From NCBI GenBank assembly GCA_041641305.1, contig JBEPYN010000002.1, positions 64,001 to 128,000 of the forward strand: a DNA stretch of 64,000 nt, in the 5' to 3' direction. This DNA comes from Nitrososphaerota archaeon (lineage in GTDB: Archaea > Thermoproteota > Nitrososphaeria_A > Caldarchaeales > Caldarchaeaceae). A program made the position numbers and the translations under genes. This document shows, one piece after another, positions 1 through 9,104 of this stretch (the stretch's first letter is position 1; every line of letters starts with the position of its first letter). The notes under the pieces were generated by a model that was not told where the DNA came from, did not search any database, and worked only from the letters and a program-made list of their open reading frames with translations.

Positions 1-2
1 GA

Positions 3-479
3 GAGGAGCAGCGGGCCAAGCATCTGCATGCGGTTAACAGAGTCGGGGAGACTGTTGAGAGGATTTGCGACGCGGGATGTGGCACGGCCCTGCTTCTCGA
101 AACAATCCGCGCTAAGCTGGGGCCTGTCGAGTATGTGGGGATTGATACAGCGGCTAACATGCTTGCAAAAGCCGCCTCGAGAGCAGACGCCTACACACAC
201 CTCGTTCAGGCAGACGCCCAGCACATGCCATTCCGCGAAAAAGCCTTCAGCCACCTCTTCTGCCTAACCGTCATCCACCACCTCAACCCCCAGCAATTCA
301 TCCAAGAAGCACAACGCACAACAACAACCAAAATAATCATAAGCCAACACAAACGCTTAAGCCCAAGACTAACAGACATCCATGTTGAAGAAAGTGAAAC
401 AGCGGACGAAATCATCACCATACCTGTCTTTCTTTGGGAAGATTCAGGAGGCGTTGGCGAGGATAGCTTATCCCGATGA
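3..479 (+). CDS. Class I SAM-dependent methyltransferase (5'-partial)
   Basis: Frame open from window edge; reads ...RICDAGCGTALLL (motif I)...YVGID...ADAQHMPF...FSHLFCLTVIHHL. Confidence 0.8.
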   Translation, partial: EEQRAKHLHAVNRVGETVERICDAGCGTALLLETIRAKLGPVEYVGIDTAANMLAKAASRADAYTHLVQADAQHMPFREKAFSHLFCLTVIHHLNPQQFIQEAQRTTTTKIIISQHKRLSPRLTDIHVEESETADEIITIPVFLWEDSGGVGEDSLSR

Positions 480-1026
480 GGATAGGCTTGGAGTTGTTGA
501 CCGTATCTGCGGTGTTGACGCAGCTTATAGACGGGGACGTGTCGCGGCTGCGGCGGTTGTTTACAGCGTTTCCGAAAAGCGTGTGTTGGAGGAGGTTGTT
601 GAGCTTATAGGTGGTAGGACGACGCCGTATATTCCCGGGTTTCTGGTGCTGCGGGAGGGCCCCGCTATGCTGCAGGCTCTGCAACGATTGACAGGTGATT
701 ATGATGTATTGGTTGTTGATGGTCATGGACGTGCTCATCCACGTCGCTGCGGCCTCGCCACGTTGCTCGGGTTCGTCGTAGGGAAGCCATCCATCGGAGT
801 GGCGAAATCCATTCTGACAGGCACACGGCAGTCATCAAACAACCATGACAAAATAGTGGAGAACAACGAGGTGATCGGCCTCGCCAAAGGAAAAACGGTC
901 TACAGCCAGGGATACGGTGTATCCACCAACGACCTCCACAAAGTCTTCAACTTGTTTGGCGGAGCTTATCCTGAGCCGCTCAGGGTTGCGGACAGGCTTT
1001 CACGAGAGGCTGTCAAGAAACTGTGA
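382..1026 (+). CDS. nfi: Endonuclease V (deoxyinosine 3' endonuclease)
   Basis: GVDAAY, PYIPGFLVLREGP, VDGHGRAHPRRCGLA, IGVAKS, PEPLRVAD motifs. Confidence 0.95.
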   Translation: MLKKVKQRTKSSPYLSFFGKIQEALARIAYPDEDRLGVVDRICGVDAAYRRGRVAAAAVVYSVSEKRVLEEVVELIGGRTTPYIPGFLVLREGPAMLQALQRLTGDYDVLVVDGHGRAHPRRCGLATLLGFVVGKPSIGVAKSILTGTRQSSNNHDKIVENNEVIGLAKGKTVYSQGYGVSTNDLHKVFNLFGGAYPEPLRVADRLSREAVKKL

Positions 1027-2268
1027 AAGAGCCTCGTCTTTTCCGAGGATTTCAGCTACTTCGTCGAAGGGTATTGTGGGTTTTATGCGACGTGTTCTAC
1101 CGTGTCTCCCGTAGCTGATGAGGTCGCATGCCACTATTCCTAGCATGTCTAGCTCTGAGACAAGTGTGCTCACCCGTCTGTCGGTGAGTGGGTCAAGTCC
1201 AAGCGAGGCGCAGTATTCGCGGTAGGTGTTGTAGAGTGTTCCGGATGTGGTGTCGGAGCCTTTGCGCGAGAGGGTGTAGACAGCGAGCAGGACGAGACGG
1301 CTGTGTAGAGGAAGCGACGATATCACCTCCTTTACACGGCCCTTCTCTATCAAGCTCTGGGCCCTTCTAACATGCTGCTCCTCAATCCTCTCTGCACTCT
1401 CTCTCTCCGCAACCTCAGCCGAAACACGTAGCAGGTCGATGGCCCTCCGGGCGTCACCATGCTCAGCAGCGGCCAAAGCAGCGCAAAGCCTGATAACATC
1501 TTCACCGACCGCCCCGGGCCTCAGCGCTGCACGGGCCCTTTCCCGTAAAATGTCGGCCAACTCGGTGGCTGTGTATGGCTGGAAAACAACCTCCTCCTCG
1601 CTGAGGCTGCTCAAAACACGTGGGTCAAGCTGCTCCTTAAACAACAGGTCGTTCGAGATGCCGACGAGCGAGACCCAGCCAGAGCCTATGCTTGAGCGCG
1701 TCAACTCATAGAGGAGATCATCGCCGAAGGCCTTGACCAAGGCGTCGACCTCGTCGAGACAAACAACGAAAGAGCTACCAAGCCTCGAGGCACCCATCTG
1801 AAAACGGCGGAAAAGCTCACCCTTAGAAACACCCGTAAACGGGACAGAAACACCCGCTGCCGCACACAGCTCCGACAAAACCCGATACTCCGTCCCTGCG
1901 AGACGACAATTTACATAGACAAACCTAATGCCAAACCCCTTCTCAGCCACAGCATCCGACAACCTGTTGAAAACATACCTAGTGACAGCTGTTTTGCCCG
2001 TGCCCGTTTTGCCGTAGATGAAGAGATTGGAGGGTTTCACGGGCCTTAAGACAGTGGCCAAAACGTTGCCCACCGCTTTGATGTGCTCTGTCCTATGCGG
2101 AAGAGCGTTAGGCACATAATCCGACCTCAAGTATTCATGGTTTACTATGAGAGGAGACCTGTGACTTGAGTATCTGGTAATGATGTCTCCGAGCGGATCC
2201 TCTCCACCCCTTTGCTTCTCGTGAATGGCTATGCTTCTGTTAGATAGTTTTTGTTTATCTGTAGTCAT
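1000..2268 (-). CDS. cdc6: Orc1/Cdc6 replication initiator
   Basis: YVPNALPHR, Walker A GKTGTGKT, Walker B LDEVD, GDARRAIDLL, C-terminal wHTH with GRHGRTR. Confidence 0.97.
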   Translation of the reverse strand: MTTDKQKLSNRSIAIHEKQRGGEDPLGDIITRYSSHRSPLIVNHEYLRSDYVPNALPHRTEHIKAVGNVLATVLRPVKPSNLFIYGKTGTGKTAVTRYVFNRLSDAVAEKGFGIRFVYVNCRLAGTEYRVLSELCAAAGVSVPFTGVSKGELFRRFQMGASRLGSSFVVCLDEVDALVKAFGDDLLYELTRSSIGSGWVSLVGISNDLLFKEQLDPRVLSSLSEEEVVFQPYTATELADILRERARAALRPGAVGEDVIRLCAALAAAEHGDARRAIDLLRVSAEVAERESAERIEEQHVRRAQSLIEKGRVKEVISSLPLHSRLVLLAVYTLSRKGSDTTSGTLYNTYREYCASLGLDPLTDRRVSTLVSELDMLGIVACDLISYGRHGRTRRIKPTIPFDEVAEILGKDEALSQFLDSLS

Positions 2269-2391
2269 GGCTATGCTCCATCAGTTTGTTGTGTGATGGT
2301 GATTTAGAGGAAAAAGTAAAATCTTTTGTATCTTTTACACTATTTTTCCTGGGAAACCTGTAACCAAGCCAATTAACCAGCGATGAAGCCC

Positions 2392-2412
2392 TTCCATAGG
2401 AAAACAAGGGGT
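2392..2412 (+). promoter_or_regulatory. ORB element 1 (TTCCATAGGAAAACAAGGGGT)
   Basis: Matches archaeal ORB pattern TTCCAnnGGAAA-n4-GGGGT. Confidence 0.85.
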
Positions 2413-2561
2413 CTCCCTCAACTCCAATTCTCCGCGGACACTACTCAGATGTTCACAAAAGCGAAATTAACGGTGAAGATAGGTTGTAAAACCTCGTCTA
2501 AACAGATTTTCAAGCCTGTTTTCCTTCATTTGGGGATGTTCACATGTCGCGGTGTTGGTGA

Positions 2562-2582
2562 ACCCCTCCATTTCCTATGGAA
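2562..2582 (-). promoter_or_regulatory. ORB element 2 (minus strand TTCCATAGGAAATGGAGGGGT)
   Basis: Inverted near-copy of ORB1, ~150 bp away. Confidence 0.85.
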
Positions 2583-2857
2583 ACCGCAAAAACAGCTCAA
2601 CACGGGCCGCACCCCTTTCACAAGCTGATAACATGATGTGAACGTGTGGTCGCCGCGGATAGACAGAAGCATTACCTAAAGAGCTTCCATCTTGCTCATA
2701 TGCCAGTAAACAATTTCCCATATGTAGATTTTTGCTCATTTTTTGATAATTCTGAATGGCCAAAAAACTACCATCAACCTTTCACATATTCTTTAAACAA
2801 TACTCTAAAATATGTTAGCGTTTTACCTCTAGATGTTTCATGGTATTTGTTTGCTGG

Positions 2858-3217
2858 CTACTGTTTTCGAAAGGTTTCACCGAGCTTTCTGCTTTCGTGA
2901 AACAGTTTGACGAGGCTTGTTAGTGTTTCTGAGAGCTGTTTTATCTCCTCGGGCTCCGTTGTTTGCTGCAGCAAGGCTGTCAAGGCGTCGAGCTTGGCTA
3001 CGATGGCGTTTTCCAGCTGCGTGAGAACAAGAGGTGTAGAAGCCACGTAAACCTCCGACTCCTCGCGAACCCTGACCACGGGCTTATCGCACCGCAGACA
3101 CCGCATCTCTCCACCTATTTCGAAAAGTGGGCTACTGCAGACAGGGCAAACCTCCGAAAGCATCTTAGCCCCGGAGCGAAGAGCGTCGGACATTCGCTTG
3201 ATGTAGTCGGAGGACAT
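2858..3217 (-). CDS. UPF0148/autoantigen p27-like Zn-ribbon protein
   Basis: LRSGAKMLSEVCPVCSSPLF...CLRC followed by a helical region. Confidence 0.8.
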   Translation of the reverse strand: MSSDYIKRMSDALRSGAKMLSEVCPVCSSPLFEIGGEMRCLRCDKPVVRVREESEVYVASTPLVLTQLENAIVAKLDALTALLQQTTEPEEIKQLSETLTSLVKLFHESRKLGETFRKQ

Positions 3218-3241
3218 CTGCTATTGCTGAGGCGAGACCGT

Positions 3242-3625
3242 TTAAAAGGGTTTTCTCCCCTGTTTCACAATTTTGCTAACGCTTCGTGTTTCTTTGTCGA
3301 AATCAAACCTGCCATGCGGCACGAGGCCTCCGCTGAAAGATTTGGGAATGTGGAGAAGCTCGTGGATAATCACTTCATCCTGAGCCTCAGGCGGCAGCCT
3401 GTCGAAAACCTCCGCAATAAACTCGATTACATAGCAGGGTCTCATCCCGAAGCCGGTGAGAAAAGCTTTACTGACAGAGTGTATCCTTGCTGCAGTAGAC
3501 CGCGAAACAGAGCCATAGCTCCTTACACACCTCACCCTCTCAACATCAACATGATGCAACCCCGCACGCTCAACCAACCTCCTAACACGCTCCTCCAGAT
3601 CAAGGGCCCTCCTATAGCTAATCAA
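3242..3625 (-). CDS. Putative zinc metallopeptidase
   Basis: RSYGS..ARIH, YVIEFIAEVF, VIIHELLHIP (HExxH); TTG start inferred. Confidence 0.8.
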   Translation of the reverse strand: MISYRRALDLEERVRRLVERAGLHHVDVERVRCVRSYGSVSRSTAARIHSVSKAFLTGFGMRPCYVIEFIAEVFDRLPPEAQDEVIIHELLHIPKSFSGGLVPHGRFDFDKETRSVSKIVKQGRKPF

Positions 3626-3747
3626 CCACCAAAAAGAAAACAACCCGGATAATTAAAACTACGCGAAACACAGGCTCATACAACCAGCCGAAATCACGTG
3701 GAATTCATGGTTAAATAATGCACTGGACATCGCAAAACGAAGCACCT

Positions 3748-4059
3748 ATGATGAGGAAGGGTTTGCTGGTACTTCCGCTGGCGCTGCTTCTCGGTCTTCT
3801 GGCTCTTGGTTCTGCGTCTGCGGCTGAGGCGGGCGCGGCCTTGAGCGACGTCGGTCAAAAGACCTTCGCCGCAGCCATCGCGTTCGCAGCCGCTGTAGCT
3901 TCTTCGGGTTTCGGTTTGGCTCGAGCTGGTTCAGCGGGTTTAGCCGCCACCGCTGAGAGACCTGAGGTGAGGACGACGGCTATCATTATCTCTGCTTTCG
4001 CAGAAGCTTTGGGCATCTATGGCATCGTTGTCGCGTTCTTCATACTGGGGGCAAGCTGA
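3748..4059 (+). CDS. atpK: A/V-type ATP synthase proteolipid subunit c/K with N-terminal signal-like segment
   Basis: GxGxxxAGxAG hairpin, AERPE loop, AFAEALGIYG with ion-binding Glu. Confidence 0.9.
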   Translation: MMRKGLLVLPLALLLGLLALGSASAAEAGAALSDVGQKTFAAAIAFAAAVASSGFGLARAGSAGLAATAERPEVRTTAIIISAFAEALGIYGIVVAFFILGAS

Positions 4060-4945
4060 CATAGCTGATTAAATGGGATAGGTAGAAGTAGGCCAGCGCA
4101 ACCCCCATAGAGGTCTGCCACCTCATTTTTTTCGCATAAGCAACAGCAGCGCTAATTAGAAATATCGACATCGTCTGAGATAATACGACAAGTGTATCTC
4201 GCACAAATATGTTGCCTAGGATAGATGTCTGCATAACTCTGTCGACAACTGAGAGGCCTGGAACAAGCCCCATCGGCAGCAGAGCCACCGAGAAGGATGA
4301 GAGAAGCTTTCCCGCCTCTACGAGAGATGTTCTCATCCGTGAGTTCTGAATCTGTTTAAGCGCCGACGACGGTGAGCGGAACCTTCCCGAAAACAGGTAG
4401 CTGAAGACTGTGAGAACGAGGAATCCGGTGAGATATGTGAAGCCTAGAGATAACGCGAAGCTGAAGTGGTTCACGGGAACTGTCTGCCTAATGTTGAGCA
4501 TGAACAACTCATGTCGTCCAGCGAGCGCAACGAAGACGAGGACAAAGAGAGACAAGGGCCCCAGCACCGAGGCCACGACCTTGCTCTCATAAATCGGGGA
4601 GAAAAGCCACATGGGGAAGAACACGGAAGAGACGAGTTCAGCTGTCTTAGACAGTTTTGGAGCAGCCTCTGAGTCGTTTTTCGCTGTGAGAACCCTGTAT
4701 ATCCTGAGCCCATCCTCCGTAAGCATATAGTTCTTCTTATCATCCTGTGCGATGAGCTGACTCATCTGCCGCAGGTTGTAGTAGAGCGAGCCCGTGCTTA
4801 TTCCGAGCTTCTGCTTTAAAGCCGTCGCACCTATCCTCCCCTCCTCACCGACTGCGAGAATAATCGCTTTCCGCACCTTGTGACGCACCAGCCATAGAAG
4901 CTCCTCGTCAGACATCTTCGACGGTGGAGCCTCGAAATCGCTCAT
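4040..4945 (-). CDS. ArsR-type wHTH fused to multi-TM domain
   Basis: HKVRKAII...LGISTGSLYYNL...YMLTEDG then ~5 hydrophobic helices. Confidence 0.75.
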   Translation of the reverse strand: MSDFEAPPSKMSDEELLWLVRHKVRKAIILAVGEEGRIGATALKQKLGISTGSLYYNLRQMSQLIAQDDKKNYMLTEDGLRIYRVLTAKNDSEAAPKLSKTAELVSSVFFPMWLFSPIYESKVVASVLGPLSLFVLVFVALAGRHELFMLNIRQTVPVNHFSFALSLGFTYLTGFLVLTVFSYLFSGRFRSPSSALKQIQNSRMRTSLVEAGKLLSSFSVALLPMGLVPGLSVVDRVMQTSILGNIFVRDTLVVLSQTMSIFLISAAVAYAKKMRWQTSMGVALAYFYLSHLISYVSLPPV

Positions 4946-5111
4946 GTCAATCAGACCCAGAGCCCCAAACAAACCATTCCCGACAATATATTAACGTAAA
5001 GACACCCTGTTAACAGCCCAGGAAATCACGGCCGTTGACGGGGGTTATACGGTATGTTTAGAGCATGGTTCTGGTTTTTGTAAATGTTTTTCGACAGTTT
5101 TCGAGCGGCTT

Positions 5112-5588
5112 TTACGATATCATCCAGACAACAATTTTTCCGTCATGTGTTAGGGCGTATGTTTTCAAGGGTTCTGTCTTCACGCCGCCCATGCCCGGCG
5201 CGCCGGGAGGCATCCCCGGCACAGCTATTCCTCTATGCAGCGGCTTCTCCTCGACCAGTTTTTTCAAGGCCTCGACGGGTACGTGGCCCTCGACGAAGTA
5301 TTGTCCAGCTGATGCTGTGTGGCAGCTGTATAGCTCACGAGGCACGCCGAGCCTCTTCCTAGTATTCTCCAGTTCACCGATGCTTACCACCTTTGTGCTG
5401 AAGGTTATCTGGCTGTTCCTGAGATATGCTTCGTATTCTTTGCAGCATGGGCACTGCGCGGTCCTGTAGACAATCAACTCTACATTCTCCCGGGTGGTGG
5501 ATGAGTTAACTGTCCAGTTGTTGACAATTATGGTTAACGTGATTGCGGCCGCGGCTAAAACTGTCAGGGCGATGATTTTGTTTCTCAT
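5112..5588 (-). CDS. DUF411 (CopG-type) metal-binding protein
   Basis: Signal peptide, CPCC, SCHTA, VEGHVP, GIAVPGMPPGAPGM. Confidence 0.9.
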   Translation of the reverse strand: MRNKIIALTVLAAAAITLTIIVNNWTVNSSTTRENVELIVYRTAQCPCCKEYEAYLRNSQITFSTKVVSIGELENTRKRLGVPRELYSCHTASAGQYFVEGHVPVEALKKLVEEKPLHRGIAVPGMPPGAPGMGGVKTEPLKTYALTHDGKIVVWMIS

Positions 5589-5589
5589 T

Positions 5590-5982
5590 TTAGGCAGCTC
5601 TCCATGTTAGTGCGAGTATCCCGCCGACTATGCCGAGGATGGCTCCGATGAGGAAACCGCCCATTCCGAAGAGACTGACCACAGAGAAGACAAGTATGAG
5701 GGTACCCCATGTCTTTGCCTCGGATGGACGGTTCTGAAGCATCATGGCGCTTGCGATGATGACTATTCCTGAGACGAGGCCGAGTACGGAGAAGGCCGAG
5801 AACCACATGGGCAGCCACCATCCCATCATCATGGGGCCCATCATGCCCCAGCCGCCGCCCCAGTAAGACATACCGCCCCAAGCCATCCACGCAACCATTC
5901 CCATCAATCCTCCGACCAGAATCAGGACACCCGCCACAAGCGAGACAGCGAAAGCTGCCGCGGGCCTCGAGGCATCTGACAT
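5590..5982 (-). CDS. Met/Gly-rich membrane protein
   Basis: 4 TM segments, GMMGPMMMG loop, GGFLIGAILGIVGG. Confidence 0.7.
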   Translation of the reverse strand: MSDASRPAAAFAVSLVAGVLILVGGLMGMVAWMAWGGMSYWGGGWGMMGPMMMGWWLPMWFSAFSVLGLVSGIVIIASAMMLQNRPSEAKTWGTLILVFSVVSLFGMGGFLIGAILGIVGGILALTWRAA

Positions 5983-5983
5983 T

Positions 5984-6700
5984 TTACTCCTCCTCCATGT
6001 CTATCTCTTGTATAAACTGGCCGTGCCAGCTATGGTACCAGACCTGTCCCGTGAACCCGTTTACGCTCAGCATCCCATGTATTTTGTCGTCGAGTCTGTA
6101 GTCCATGGTGTAGTAGCCGTAGAACTTTGTAGGATGCTCAACCTCTAGATCTGCTCTGAACCTGTTTCTCAGGTAGTTGAGGGCTATCTCCTCGGCTTGT
6201 TCCTGTGTTATGGGCATGTCTGCGGTTGGCTGGATGTATGGCCCCATCATGCCATTATGCATTCCGTATTTTGTGTTCCACATCATGTTGGGGCCCGGCT
6301 CCGGATGGACTGCGCCCGTGTAGGGGTTTACGAGAAGCTCGAAAGCACCCCGCCCTGTGTCCGCCTCCACGACGATGGCGTAGAAGTTTTGCTGAAACTC
6401 CATCACCTCCTTCAGCCTAAAACCCTGACCAAGGCCGTTGACATACCTCTCCAGAATCTCCTGAGCCTCCTGCAACGTAATCCTCTGGCCCGTCGACTGT
6501 GGCGCACCTCCGTACCAGCCTGTGCATGGGCATCCACCCATCATTCCACCATGCATCCCGCCCCCATACATGTAGCTGTTAGGAGACTGTAGCCAAAACA
6601 TGGCCGGGGGCTGCTGCATAAATGGCCACGCGTAGGCAGCCACTAAGGCGGCTAACGCAGCTGAAGCCAGCAAACCTGCTGTCAAGACAACGTTTCTCAT
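5984..6700 (-). CDS. Secreted PepSY-like Met-rich protein
   Basis: Signal anchor; two ITxQEAxEI repeats; ELLVNPYTG, PEPGPNMMWNTKYG, LSVNGFTGQVWYHSWHG. Confidence 0.75.
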   Translation of the reverse strand: MRNVVLTAGLLASAALAALVAAYAWPFMQQPPAMFWLQSPNSYMYGGGMHGGMMGGCPCTGWYGGAPQSTGQRITLQEAQEILERYVNGLGQGFRLKEVMEFQQNFYAIVVEADTGRGAFELLVNPYTGAVHPEPGPNMMWNTKYGMHNGMMGPYIQPTADMPITQEQAEEIALNYLRNRFRADLEVEHPTKFYGYYTMDYRLDDKIHGMLSVNGFTGQVWYHSWHGQFIQEIDMEEE

Positions 6701-6737
6701 GTCCAGAAATATCTCAGGGACGGCGATAAAATTATCT

Positions 6738-6764
6738 TGAAACAGTCGTGAAACGGTTTGAAAC
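6738..6764. promoter_or_regulatory. Three helically phased TGAAAC direct repeats in divergent promoter
   Basis: TGAAAC at 6738, 6749, 6759. Confidence 0.55.
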
Positions 6765-6798
6765 ACTTAAAGCATGGGGGCTCCTTTCTTGGGGTGGA

Positions 6799-7248
6799 TT
6801 GGTTTTCAGCCGTGTTTTGTTGGTTTTCTCGGCGGCGGCTGGGGCCCTGCTCCTGACAGTTGTGCTGGTGAGTGTTTGGCAGCATGATGCGGCCATGGGT
6901 GGGATGATGCGAGAGATGATGGGGGTGTCTATGTGGGGTATGATGTGGTGGGTTTATCTGCCGCTGTTGGTTGCGGCGCTGCTTCTCATCGCGCTGCCTG
7001 TTGCGCTGTATCTGTCGGCCAGAGACGTGCCCGTGGTGGCTGGCCTCACCGCGGAGGAGAGGGCTGTGGTTGATTTGCTGAGACGCAGCAACGGCGTCGT
7101 CGAGCAGAGAGAGATAGCACGGGCCCTCGGAATTTCACGCATCAAGACCCACCGCATCGTCGCATCACTCCGCCGAAGAGAAGTTGTAGAAGTAACCCGC
7201 CGTGGCAGAACAAACCTCGTCAAGCTGAAAGCCTCTCCACAACCCTAA
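6799..7248 (+). CDS. Membrane-anchored wHTH transcription regulator
   Basis: 2 TMs with Met-rich loop, then LTAEERAVVDLL...QREIARALGISRIKTHRIV...RRGRTN; TTG start after GGGGTGG inferred. Confidence 0.8.
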   Translation: MVFSRVLLVFSAAAGALLLTVVLVSVWQHDAAMGGMMREMMGVSMWGMMWWVYLPLLVAALLLIALPVALYLSARDVPVVAGLTAEERAVVDLLRRSNGVVEQREIARALGISRIKTHRIVASLRRREVVEVTRRGRTNLVKLKASPQP

Positions 7249-7389
7249 CCCTCTCAATCAACATCCCAAACCTCTAACATCAACCCAAGAATGCACCGTG
7301 TCGTCTCATTTGAAACGTTCTCTCATCCTCTTGCATGTGACTGTGGTTGGGTAGGGTTTTTTATCGACGCGGGTGGATGAGGCGGTGGA

Positions 7390-8334
7390 ATGGATTCCGT
7401 TGTCTGCGAAAACTTGGTTAAAAGCTATGAGACGAGGCGAGGTTTCTTCTACTCGCGTAAACAGGTTGTCAAGGCTGTTGATGGTGTTTCGCTGAGGGTT
7501 CGCCGAGGCTCTGTCTTCGGGCTCGTGGGGCCCAACGGCGCCGGCAAAACAACCACCATAAAGATTCTAACAACTCTTCTCATACCCGACGAGGGCCGTG
7601 CATGGGTTAACGGCTTCGATGTTGTCAGAGAAGCTGACAAGGTGCGTGAGGTGATTGGGCTTGTGCTGGCGCCGGACAATGGCTTCTACCCACGTTTAAC
7701 AGGGTTTGAGAACCTCGTCTACTATGGGCGGCTCTATGGCTTGGACAAGGACGTGGCTGGTAAACGTGCCGCGGAGCTTCTTGAACTGGTTGGCCTCGGG
7801 AGAGACGGTTACAGGTTTTACGAGGAGTACAGCCTCGGCATGAAGGCCAAGCTCAGCATAGCGAAAGCTCTCATCAACGACCCTGAAGTGGTTTTCCTCG
7901 ACGAGCCGACCATAGGCCTTGACCCGCTCTCAGCAAAGAAAATCAGAACCATGATATCAGACCTTTCGCGGCAGGGCAAAACAGTTCTCCTAACAAGCCA
8001 CAACATGTGGGAAGTGGAAACACTCTCCGACGAGGTTGCGTTGATAAACAAGGGCAAGGTGGCTGCGTATGGTACACCTAGGGAGCTGAAGCAACGGCTC
8101 AACCTCTCCTACATCGTCGAGGTCGAGATAATCGGCAACAGCCCAGCCGACATCAAGTATCCGGCCGAAAACGGTGAAAGAGGAAACACGGTGATAAGGA
8201 CGGCGTCAACCTCGCCCAGTGACACACTCCTCGAAATACTTGACGAGCTCAGGTCACGCAACATCCGCATAGGCTACGTCAAAGTGCATGAGCCGAGCCT
8301 CGAGGAGGTTTTTGCCCAGGTGGTCACGGCGTGA
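7390..8334 (+). CDS. ABC transporter ATP-binding protein (DrrA-like)
   Basis: GPNGAGKTT, YSLGM, FLDEPTIGLD, SH. Confidence 0.95.
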   Translation: MDSVVCENLVKSYETRRGFFYSRKQVVKAVDGVSLRVRRGSVFGLVGPNGAGKTTTIKILTTLLIPDEGRAWVNGFDVVREADKVREVIGLVLAPDNGFYPRLTGFENLVYYGRLYGLDKDVAGKRAAELLELVGLGRDGYRFYEEYSLGMKAKLSIAKALINDPEVVFLDEPTIGLDPLSAKKIRTMISDLSRQGKTVLLTSHNMWEVETLSDEVALINKGKVAAYGTPRELKQRLNLSYIVEVEIIGNSPADIKYPAENGERGNTVIRTASTSPSDTLLEILDELRSRNIRIGYVKVHEPSLEEVFAQVVTA

Positions 8335-9104
8335 AGCATCTCAGCCAGTTCACGGCGGTCTTCGAGGCCGAGCTCAAATCCTACCTGCGCGAGGTGGGGC
8401 CCCTCATCTTCGTCGCCGTGCTTCCACTATTCTTCTCTACACTGACCTATAGTATGGGCACTGTGCTCACGGGCGAGGCGGCGCCGGAGAGATGGCTCTA
8501 CCAAGTGATAGGCTTCGGAGTGATGACTGTTTCAATCGTCCTAACCTCGTCTACGGCATGGTACTTTAGGAGAGGCATGTCCAGCGGCAGGCTTGAATAC
8601 GTGATGGCCGCGCCTGCTAACCCCGTGGTCATTCTCATGGCCCATTCCCTCGCAAACGTTCTGACCTCTTTGCTGGCGTTTGTCTTCACAGGCCTTGTCG
8701 GGACATACATAGTCTATGGTCTCGCCAAGTTGCCGGGTTTTCTTCTCGCGGCTGCGGTGACTTTCTTTGCCCTATTGCCTGTTGTCGGTGTAAACCTTGT
8801 GGTGGGTGTGGCGACTATTGTTGTGAAGGAGCCTGAGCCTGTGGCTAACACTGTTGCGGCTGTGGTGGCGGCGACCTCGGGCTTCGCATACCCGATAACG
8901 CTTCTTCCACAGGTTCTCCAGCTCATAGGAATGGTTCTCCCCTTCCACCACGTCGTCGAAACAGCACGCGCAGCCGTGATGACCGGCCTCTCACCCACAC
9001 AGCTCCCCATACTCCTGCTGATGATGCTCTACCTCGTCGCAGGGCTCATGATCTACCGCCATGGTGAAAACCACTATGCCAGAAAAATGGGTGTCAGCTG
9101 GTAA
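8331..9104 (+). CDS. ABC-2 type permease
   Basis: 6 TMs, GRLEYVMAAP, SGFAYPITLLP. Confidence 0.9.
   Translation: MKHLSQFTAVFEAELKSYLREVGPLIFVAVLPLFFSTLTYSMGTVLTGEAAPERWLYQVIGFGVMTVSIVLTSSTAWYFRRGMSSGRLEYVMAAPANPVVILMAHSLANVLTSLLAFVFTGLVGTYIVYGLAKLPGFLLAAAVTFFALLPVVGVNLVVGVATIVVKEPEPVANTVAAVVAATSGFAYPITLLPQVLQLIGMVLPFHHVVETARAAVMTGLSPTQLPILLLMMLYLVAGLMIYRHGENHYARKMGVSW

Larger units (their letters stand above)
2280..2857. other. Replication origin (oriC) upstream of cdc6
   Basis: Non-coding, AT-rich patches; inverted pair of ORB boxes with G-strings; adjacent to cdc6. Confidence 0.85.

Noticed and set aside
2383-2900. Short ORFs within the cdc6 upstream region
   Set aside because: Overlap ORB elements and have no protein-like features.
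2963-3652. 229-aa plus-strand ORF and the many other antisense ORFs in the track
   Set aside because: Shadow ORFs opposite well-supported genes; no motifs.
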